Shown here: positions 57,175 through 64,000 of the stretch, one piece after another
Position numbering within the stretch: position 1 is the first letter of the stretch
Layout of the letters: the number at the start of each line of letters is the position of its first letter
DNA from: a virus
DNA: 64,000 nucleotides
IMG/VR virus record: IMGVR_UViG_3300029922_000013
Span: 32,001-96,000 of that record
Direction: 5' to 3' (one strand)
The notes under the pieces: model-generated
The model's database searches: none
Told to the model about the DNA's origin: nothing
Seen by the model: only the letters and a program-made list of their open reading frames with translations
Made by a program: the position numbers and the translations under genes

Positions 57175-58026
57175 ATGCAAGATCTAAAAAGCCTCCTAGA
57201 CCTAATGTTTTTACCAGAAGATACGGTGGTTGTTAGTAATAATAAATTCGCTACTCATAGTGTTTCAATAGAAACCGTTTTGTCTGGAGAAGTTACCTTA
57301 GTAAGCTCTAATCAAAAGGTTTCTAATCAAATTGTTAAAACATCTGAACTAATTTTTTTAGCTATCAATCCTATCAAAGGATTTCGTTTAGATTCAAATG
57401 CTTACAGACTCCAGAATTTTCTTTTAGAATGCGATACTGGGTCCATAACTTCTCAAGTAGAGTACCTAAAAAATCTAGGTATACCATATTCTGCAATCAT
57501 ATTTAGCGGTTCCAAGTCAGCCCACATTCTAGTGGCTTTAGACACTCCTCTTGATGAAAAAACCTACAGACTTTTATATGTGTGGATACTACGTATCGGC
57601 ACACTTTTTGATCAAAATTGCAAAAATCCTTCAAGATGTATTCGTATACCGGGCGCTACACGCCCAGAAACTGGAAAACAGCAGACTCTTTTAGAACTTA
57701 AAGAAAAGGTGAAACTAGAAGACTTGATGGTGTGGCTAAATCTATATGAGCATCTAAGACCTAAAGAGCGTGAACGAAAAAGCTTGACAAACGGAGCAGA
57801 CCATGACAAACTAAGTCCATGGGTAAAAACTGCACTAAAATATGGTATAAAATTCGATAAAGGAAGAAATCACACGTGGCATAGTATATTTTGCGACTTC
57901 GCTTTAGCTGGTTATCCTAAAGATCAAGCTATCGACTTTCTAAGTGTCTACTTCGTGGAGGAATTCGATTTTAAAGAAAAAGAATGGCTTAGAATAGCAC
58001 AGAGCGCATACGACAAGCATGGATAA
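57175..58026 (+). CDS. Archaeo-eukaryotic-type primase (RepB'-like)
   Basis: LECD, FSGSKSAH, D...KNPSR..RIPG, C-terminal GRN helical domain; TTGACT-17-TAGGAT promoter upstream. Confidence 0.7.
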   Translation: MQDLKSLLDLMFLPEDTVVVSNNKFATHSVSIETVLSGEVTLVSSNQKVSNQIVKTSELIFLAINPIKGFRLDSNAYRLQNFLLECDTGSITSQVEYLKNLGIPYSAIIFSGSKSAHILVALDTPLDEKTYRLLYVWILRIGTLFDQNCKNPSRCIRIPGATRPETGKQQTLLELKEKVKLEDLMVWLNLYEHLRPKERERKSLTNGADHDKLSPWVKTALKYGIKFDKGRNHTWHSIFCDFALAGYPKDQAIDFLSVYFVEEFDFKEKEWLRIAQSAYDKHG

Positions 58027-58038
58027 AAGGAGGGTATC

Positions 58039-58533
58039 TTGAAAAGAGATGAAGAATTGAAAAGATTAGTCAAGTACGCTCAAGCTATGAACGTACGCGT
58101 ATCTTTTAAGCCCCAGCATAACGTGGATGCCGACGCTGATTGGACAACCGATGGAAAAGAAATAAATATCTATGATTCTTCTAAAAAATCTAAGGTATTT
58201 TTAATTTTGTGTCTAATTCATGAGATTGGTCACCATTGTCAATTTATTCACGGGAACGATAGAAAAGTAGATGCGAAATTAGATGAAGCGTTAGCTTCAG
58301 AAGAAGAGAAAAAATCTTATAGAAAAAGAATTTATGATTGGGAAGTAAAAGGGACTGGTTGGTGGGAATCTATTTACAAAGACGCTGACTTAAAATTTCC
58401 GATCTATAAACTTTATATCGAACGTGATTCCGATCTTTGGATGTACCAAACTTATTATGAAACTGGAAAGTTTCCAACAAAGAAAGACAAAAGAGAGAAA
58501 CGAAAAGAATTAAAAAGGAAATATAGACCATGA
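58039..58533 (+). CDS. HExxH metallopeptidase-like protein
   Basis: LIHEIGH; GGAGG RBS before TTG. Confidence 0.6.
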   Translation: MKRDEELKRLVKYAQAMNVRVSFKPQHNVDADADWTTDGKEINIYDSSKKSKVFLILCLIHEIGHHCQFIHGNDRKVDAKLDEALASEEEKKSYRKRIYDWEVKGTGWWESIYKDADLKFPIYKLYIERDSDLWMYQTYYETGKFPTKKDKREKRKELKRKYRP

Positions 58534-59105
58534 GTCAAGAAAAGAAGTATCTTGAAATTGAAAGTAAGTATTCTGCTGATAACATCAGTAGGCTCGATTT
58601 TAAGTCACTTCTTTCGACATTGAATCCCAAGAACTTTCTCTATGTAGAATCTAAAGACGTGTACTACACCAAGGGTGAGAATGAGTTTCTTAGGCATAGG
58701 AACCGCCCCAATTTTGGGAGCGATGAGCGTTCTGAACTTACCTTTAAAAAGAAACACATAAGCACGAACAACATTGTCAGGACTGAAGTAAATTTGAGAG
58801 TGGACAAAAATAGTGCAGAATTAGTAGAAGCTTTTTGTAAGGGATTGGGATATGAAAAGAACTTCTCGGTGGAGAAATTTTGTGATATTTACTACTTTGA
58901 TGATGGGGACGTAGTGTACTATAGTGTTATAGATGAAGAAGGTAAAACCGCTAGTTTCTTAGAAATTGAATGCGATGAAGACGCTGATCTAACGGAAGAC
59001 CAAGCTAGAGAGGTCATCTCTAAATACGAAAAGCTTCTGGCTCCCATAGGAATTACTCCACAGAAAAGAATGAAGCTGAGTTTATTTGAAAGGTATAGAA
59101 AATGA
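58530..59105 (+). CDS. CYTH-domain (triphosphate tunnel / class IV adenylate cyclase-like) protein
   Basis: EIESK, DVYY, LRHR, LTFK, RTEVN, LGY, FLEIE. Confidence 0.8.
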   Translation: MSQEKKYLEIESKYSADNISRLDFKSLLSTLNPKNFLYVESKDVYYTKGENEFLRHRNRPNFGSDERSELTFKKKHISTNNIVRTEVNLRVDKNSAELVEAFCKGLGYEKNFSVEKFCDIYYFDDGDVVYYSVIDEEGKTASFLEIECDEDADLTEDQAREVISKYEKLLAPIGITPQKRMKLSLFERYRK

Positions 59106-59350
59106 CTCCTGAAGAAATTGTAGGTTTAATAGGAAATATAGCCAATCGTCAAGATATTCGCGAGATTCAAGAACGACAGATTGAAGAAATTTACAGTCTC
59201 GTCAAAGAATTTGAAGATATTGCTAAGGAATGGCGAAAAGGCTATCTTGATCTAGAAATAAAACATAAAGTAAAGGTTGCCAATTTAGAGCAAACTATCG
59301 AAGAACTTGAAAAAGATTTTAAGGATCTTAAAATGGATTGGGATGAATAA
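59102..59350 (+). CDS. Hypothetical coiled-coil protein
   Basis: 82 aa, coupled. Confidence 0.6.
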   Translation: MTPEEIVGLIGNIANRQDIREIQERQIEEIYSLVKEFEDIAKEWRKGYLDLEIKHKVKVANLEQTIEELEKDFKDLKMDWDE

Positions 59351-59604
59351 TGGAAGATGAACAAAATAGTATATATAGAATAGCGGCCAAGGTGAAAAAC
59401 TTGGCTAGAGGTGATGACGCTCATCTCACGCCCGTAGGTGAAGCTATGTGTAACTACTATATTATAGTATTAAAAGATTTTTATGATTTCGCGGAAGATC
59501 TGCCAGGATCGTATAAACAAGAGCTAATAGCCTTGATAGAGCATCACTACGATATGCCTGGTAAGTTGATTAGAGCTGTAAAGCCTAAAAAATCAACTAG
59601 CTAA
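59350..59604 (+). CDS. Hypothetical protein
   Basis: 84 aa, coupled. Confidence 0.6.
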   Translation: MEDEQNSIYRIAAKVKNLARGDDAHLTPVGEAMCNYYIIVLKDFYDFAEDLPGSYKQELIALIEHHYDMPGKLIRAVKPKKSTS

Positions 59605-59644
59605 AGCGTCAAAGACAAATTTAACTAGCATGTATATTTCCATA

Positions 59645-59680
59645 TAAAATACTCCTAGGAGCATCATAACTCCTAGGAAT
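59645..59680 (-). terminator. Hairpin terminator between convergent operons
   Basis: ACTCCTAGGA occurs twice (self-complementary core), forming a stem with a U-rich tail on the minus strand. Confidence 0.6.
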
Positions 59681-59698
59681 GCTAATCCGCGATTCACA

Positions 59699-62600
59699 TT
59701 AGTTACCGATTCTGTAGATGCTTATGGTTGCGGCTACTGGAGCAATAGTAACTGAGCTATTTTGGAAAAGAGAAACTGTATCCCCAGCATTTAGTTTTAA
59801 AATCGTACCGCCTTGAGCGTATCTATTCACTGCTTGCGTAGTTTCGGCTCTAGAACCACCCAAGAGATTGGTAGTCGGTGTAGCTCCACCAGCATTAACT
59901 GAAGCGTATCCCTCATAATTTCCATTCACAGCAAAAGCAGTCGCACTAGAAATCAAAGTACCGTCTGCATGATAAGTGCCACTTTGTGGACAAGTCCAAA
60001 CGCCAGTGCTCGTATTATACGAATTGGTGGTATCCTCGATCTTGTTCGTAAGGATAATTATTCCCGCACTCACGGAAGAACTCGTCGTGTTATACTTCAT
60101 GGCTACTGTATTGGACCCTGAAGAAGAACTTGAAGACGATCCTCCACCAGAAATGAGTTCAAACGTTACATAGTTATTCGTAGATGTATTATCTAGAGTA
60201 ATCGTGTTGCCGGTGCCGTTAGTAACTGTAAGCCACAATAAATCTCCGGCCTGAGCGTAGAAGGTCGTAGACCCATTAGGGAAAGCTCCAACTGCTGACG
60301 TAGTTTGAGCAGAGAATTCCCCAAGTGTAGATGTCGTAGAAACAGACCCAGACTGATTGGCGGTGAGCTTTATTTGCTGAGACACGGTCATAGTCCCAGT
60401 GTTTTGAGTTGTGACAATACCGGTGACCTTCCAATAACCCGTGATCGGAACCGTATATTTACCAGTACTAGTCGAATATCCTGCGTTCGTATCGTAAACA
60501 GAAGCAGAAAATATAACATTGGTTGTTGCAGTTGTGGCAATGGAAGTATTCGAAGTTGTGGCTTTTGCAGCTATAGCCCCACTTCCGGAACCTCCCCCAC
60601 TGCTTCCGCCAGTACCTGCACCGTAGAATTCTTCCACGATGATGATACCTGCAGCTCCAGTACCCCCAACATATCCAGATCCAGCACCACCACTACCGTT
60701 AGTGCCACCTGAACCAATGGCCATCGTATATGTGGGCAATGGATTTGACACAATAGCGACAGTCATACCACCGCCACCACCACCTGCTCCCGCCGCGAAG
60801 CCAGCCACGTTAGCGAGTGCACCGCTACCACCACCGCCGCTATTAGCGGTGGCATTTAAGCCGTGCCCAGTAACTGCACTAGAATTTAGTCCACCGCCAG
60901 CATAAAGTGGTGAACTACCACCTATACCTCCAGATAAAACGGGTACTGAACCTGATGTTATCACTTGTTTAGCGCCGCCAACTTGACCACTGAGATTTAA
61001 ATAACCACCGGTTCCTGCACCGCCAGCTCCGCCATCGTTTGTTCCAGCAGCACTTCCGCCCGTAGCTGATAACGAAACAGTTCCGCCAGAAAACGTACTG
61101 GTACCGCCTCCAGAACCGCCCACCGTTGATGTTGTGCCTGATCCGCCACCGCCACCACCACCGCCGACCACAGTAACCCTCAGGTAAGAAGGCGAAGGAT
61201 TGGATGGGGCCGTATAGGTAGTCCCAGACGTAAGAACTTGAACTGTTGGAGCTTGTGAGGCAGATGCGGCAGCACTAGTTCCAGGACCAACGTAGAAATC
61301 GTCAAGATACAGAGCGAATCCGCCAGCGGGACCAGCTGTTGGATTATAAACTGCTATCTGAAAACTACCCATATTTGCTGGAGTTTGGAATGATCCCGTA
61401 CAATAGCCTACACCAGAAATTTGAGTGAAATTGAATACTCCTACGGGAATGATCCAAGCATTATTTTGGAGATCGTAAATGGCTACCCCAAAAGTATTGC
61501 TAGAAGTTCCGGAAAAATTTGTGCCAGTGGAGGTCACGGCACTGTATGCAAAACTAAACTGCAAAGTTTTGGATTGATCACAAATGTTTATAGCGACAGC
61601 CGGAGAAATGTACATATCCCCAGCATTGGTAGCTCCCGAGGCAGAAAAAGACATGGAATATTGACCAGAAAGCTGGCCAGAACTTACAACTGCAGGGGCG
61701 TGAGTGTTGGCATTCGCACCAGATCCACCATTAGAAGCAGAAAAGGCAGCATTCCCCGTTCCCACAGAAGTGGGTAGATTTGTAGAACTAAGAGAGGAAT
61801 GGGCCAAAGTCCATCCACTGACGTTGTCGTCTTCGAAAGTATTTCCGATAGCCAAATAGTTTCTACCCAAAACTGGTAAGTTCAACAACTGCCAGTTCCC
61901 AGCTTGATAATCGGCTTCAAAACTTACTGAGGAAGAAGTGAACGAAGAAGTTAGAGCGATCCAAACATCTTTGTTATAGGTGACACAATTTCCGATAACG
62001 TACGGGAAACTTGCAGCCCAAGGATTTAATCCCCCGCTACTTCCTGAACCACCAGTCAGCAACCAGGCCCCATTTCCGCTATCAGCAGCAGTATCATACG
62101 TAAAGATGAAGGTACTGCCCACTGGCATTGTTACGTTTGCCCCGGTTCCAGTTAAAATGTTGGTCGGACCAGTAGGAGAATGGTTATTTACGATGGTAGC
62201 AAGATTAGAACTTTGATTTGAAATAGTGATCGTTTGTCCATTGGTACCGGTAGGAATGCCGCTAAAAGTTGTTCCAGATGCAACAGTAGTCAAACGAACA
62301 AAGTTGTAGTTCTGGTCCCCAGAAGTTAGGGTCTGATTGGTTCCGCTATAGGAAGTAGCATCAGTAAAGGCATTGATAATAGTGGAAGCAAGAGCTACCC
62401 AAACGCCATTAGTGGTCGTGTTACTTTCCAGTTTTACTATGATAGATGCGCTAGGTTTTACGGTAAAAAGAGTGGTACCGCCATTATTGTTGATAGTCAA
62501 AATTCCAGTTGAAGTATTGTAGAATTCAAACTTTGCCCCACCTGGATTGCCGGAAGGGGCAGTTGGAAGAGAAAAGGTTGTAGCGTCTGGCAACTGAAAT

Positions 62601-62725
62601 ATTTGGGTTGTTGATCCCGTTAGAATCTCAATCTGCGGAGAAAAGTTAGTAAGGGTTGTGGTACCTGCTGCTGCGGTAATAGTTGTAATTCTCTCGATCA
62701 GACCGCCATATTGAAAAGTTGCCAT
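59699..62725 (-). CDS. Tail fibre / receptor-binding protein with Gly-rich region and two C1q-like domains
   Basis: 1008 aa T/S/G-rich; VVGGGGGGG domain; YSTSTGKYTVPITGY and YNTSTGVWTCPQSGTY. Confidence 0.75.
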   Translation of the reverse strand: MATFQYGGLIERITTITAAAGTTTLTNFSPQIEILTGSTTQIFQLPDATTFSLPTAPSGNPGGAKFEFYNTSTGILTINNNGGTTLFTVKPSASIIVKLESNTTTNGVWVALASTIINAFTDATSYSGTNQTLTSGDQNYNFVRLTTVASGTTFSGIPTGTNGQTITISNQSSNLATIVNNHSPTGPTNILTGTGANVTMPVGSTFIFTYDTAADSGNGAWLLTGGSGSSGGLNPWAASFPYVIGNCVTYNKDVWIALTSSFTSSSVSFEADYQAGNWQLLNLPVLGRNYLAIGNTFEDDNVSGWTLAHSSLSSTNLPTSVGTGNAAFSASNGGSGANANTHAPAVVSSGQLSGQYSMSFSASGATNAGDMYISPAVAINICDQSKTLQFSFAYSAVTSTGTNFSGTSSNTFGVAIYDLQNNAWIIPVGVFNFTQISGVGYCTGSFQTPANMGSFQIAVYNPTAGPAGGFALYLDDFYVGPGTSAAASASQAPTVQVLTSGTTYTAPSNPSPSYLRVTVVGGGGGGGGSGTTSTVGGSGGGTSTFSGGTVSLSATGGSAAGTNDGGAGGAGTGGYLNLSGQVGGAKQVITSGSVPVLSGGIGGSSPLYAGGGLNSSAVTGHGLNATANSGGGGSGALANVAGFAAGAGGGGGGMTVAIVSNPLPTYTMAIGSGGTNGSGGAGSGYVGGTGAAGIIIVEEFYGAGTGGSSGGGSGSGAIAAKATTSNTSIATTATTNVIFSASVYDTNAGYSTSTGKYTVPITGYWKVTGIVTTQNTGTMTVSQQIKLTANQSGSVSTTSTLGEFSAQTTSAVGAFPNGSTTFYAQAGDLLWLTVTNGTGNTITLDNTSTNNYVTFELISGGGSSSSSSSGSNTVAMKYNTTSSSVSAGIIILTNKIEDTTNSYNTSTGVWTCPQSGTYHADGTLISSATAFAVNGNYEGYASVNAGGATPTTNLLGGSRAETTQAVNRYAQGGTILKLNAGDTVSLFQNSSVTIAPVAATISIYRIGN

Positions 62726-62752
62726 TTTATTCTCCTAAACCTTTATATATCA

Positions 62753-62761
62753 TAAAGATTG
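62753..62761 (-). promoter_or_regulatory. Putative late promoter element CAATCTTTA
   Basis: 28 nt before the tail-fibre ATG. Confidence 0.6.
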
Positions 62762-62814
62762 CCGGTTTATCTTTTAACGCTAAATTGCTTACTTTACTAA
62801 ATAAATTCACATAC

Positions 62815-63912
62815 TTATGGTTGATAACTTGCCAACTGCCACGAAAGTTTGTAATTGGAGGTGTCTAGTGGCATATTCCAGTCAACTGTAAAAAAGGAAG
62901 AGCTTTTGTTCCTAATCAAAATAGGTTGAAATTGTGGGTTGCTATCTGTACTATTTGTGAATTCTGCCAAAACCACATAATCTCCTGTGGCTAGAGGGGT
63001 AGGCAGAGAAATGGTAAGCGTTGTCGCTCCACTTCCTATAGGATACTCCCCTATTTGAGATATAGCTGCGCTTACCACATAATCTATCGCGTAATCTCCG
63101 GTATTTGTAGGATAGTTCCAGGTAGCCGTAAAGCTACTAGTAAGATGTCCAGAGGTCTTAGCGGTTATGGTAATAGGCTGGTATTCCACTCCGCTGAAAG
63201 GATCTAAAAGATTCGTGAATTGGGCCAATACTACAAAACTATTACTGATTTGGTCCACCGATAGTGGCACTGTCACGGAAGTAGCACCTAGGCCAACTGG
63301 GAAAGTACCGGCTACCCTAGCTGGGGTAACTGAAGTCCCGCTTGAGCTACCACCACCGACCAATTGTGTTATGTTACTTTGAGTTAGACCTGAGACCGTT
63401 CCAGCATTGTTGAATACGGTTATGTATGCAAATGGAAGAGTATTTGCCGTTGGGAGAGGTAGTTCAGAAGTTTCATTAACTGCAGCTGCGAGAGAGCCAG
63501 CCGAAAAAGAAGGCCCGACAGATATTCCCACGTTAGAGGAAGTATCCAACCACAGTAAAACCTGCTGATATTGGCCACTAGTAACTGACAGGGCTACGCT
63601 AGCACCAGTAGAAGTGGTAACATTTCCAGTAGGTGAAGTTGGTATTGTTGCAGTTGCTGACGATAAAAAAGGTACCGTATTATTAATGTAAGAGATGCTT
63701 CTCTGGATATTTGAATCTGGATTAGAAGGTAGACTCGTGGCTATAAGAACTTCGTGACCCAGGTTTATAAAGGGGACCACATTTAGAGGTGGCTCTAATT
63801 GAAAATTAATAGAAGTAAGAACTTCTTGAAGAGTCAAACCTGCAGTCGCGGCTATTTCTGAGAGAAGACCTCTTAATACTATTTGGCGACTATCGATTGG
63901 TTTAAATGCCAT
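62815..63912 (-). CDS. Tail fibre/baseplate-associated protein with two C-terminal beta repeats
   Basis: Repeat GAT..T...Y/FVVLA.FTN..D...QPI.I..K...FT..WN.P....Y. Confidence 0.65.
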   Translation of the reverse strand: MAFKPIDSRQIVLRGLLSEIAATAGLTLQEVLTSINFQLEPPLNVVPFINLGHEVLIATSLPSNPDSNIQRSISYINNTVPFLSSATATIPTSPTGNVTTSTGASVALSVTSGQYQQVLLWLDTSSNVGISVGPSFSAGSLAAAVNETSELPLPTANTLPFAYITVFNNAGTVSGLTQSNITQLVGGGSSSGTSVTPARVAGTFPVGLGATSVTVPLSVDQISNSFVVLAQFTNLLDPFSGVEYQPITITAKTSGHLTSSFTATWNYPTNTGDYAIDYVVSAAISQIGEYPIGSGATTLTISLPTPLATGDYVVLAEFTNSTDSNPQFQPILIRNKSSSFFTVDWNMPLDTSNYKLSWQLASYQP

Positions 63913-63923
63913 ATATTACCCTA

Positions 63924-64000
63924 TTAATTATTCAGTATTGCTGTCCAAGACAAGACATAATTTGCCGTATCCGTTGGCATATTCCATTTCAAAGTAAATC
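63924..64000 (-). CDS. 3' end of a tail protein carrying the same repeat (partial)
   Basis: Reads FTLKWNMPTDTANYVLSWTAILNN*, matching the repeat in 62815..63912. Confidence 0.7.
   Translation of the reverse strand, partial: FTLKWNMPTDTANYVLSWTAILNN

Noticed and set aside
1-64000. CRISPR array, stop-codon reassignment, introns/inteins, DGR or retron
   Set aside because: No spaced repeat array seen; long genes are intact in the standard code; TerL, DnaE, RecA and helicases are uninterrupted; no reverse transcriptase motif found.

Overview
This is a 64 kb segment of a large tailed dsDNA phage with no sign of host chromosome and a standard genetic code. It is probably a myovirus, with SPO1/Twort (Herelleviridae)-like head and neck genes but a DnaE-type polymerase. 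The left half (1-28.7 kb) is the head/neck module: neck proteins, putative head-internal proteins, scaffold, major capsid protein, TerL, portal, MuF, endolysin and prohead protease, interrupted by three Hef/Vsr-like homing endonucleases. The middle (28.8-59.6 kb) encodes a GroEL-like chaperonin, a GroES-like protein, a sigma factor, SbcCD, RuvC, DnaQ, DnaE, SSB, RecA, a DnaB-like helicase, a primase, CYTH and two exported proteases. The right end carries tail-fibre genes. Main observations: (1) the late neck/head gene cluster encodes both an mCpol (minimal Cas10-like palm) nucleotide cyclase and an Acb1-like 2H phosphodiesterase, suggesting a 'destroy the alarm signal, supply the decoy signal' counter-defence module; (2) a sigma factor that stops before region 4.2, a separate stand-alone region-4-like protein with an acidic recognition helix, and a single-element late promoter YAATCTTTA before structural genes; (3) a DUF3494 ice-binding-type protein under that late promoter; (4) a recurrent hydrophobic-x-K-[S/A/G]-E putative maturation-cleavage tag; (5) widespread leaderless transcription; (6) several tRNA-like or multi-stem intergenic RNAs. 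All family assignments are by-eye motif recognition; no database searches were run.
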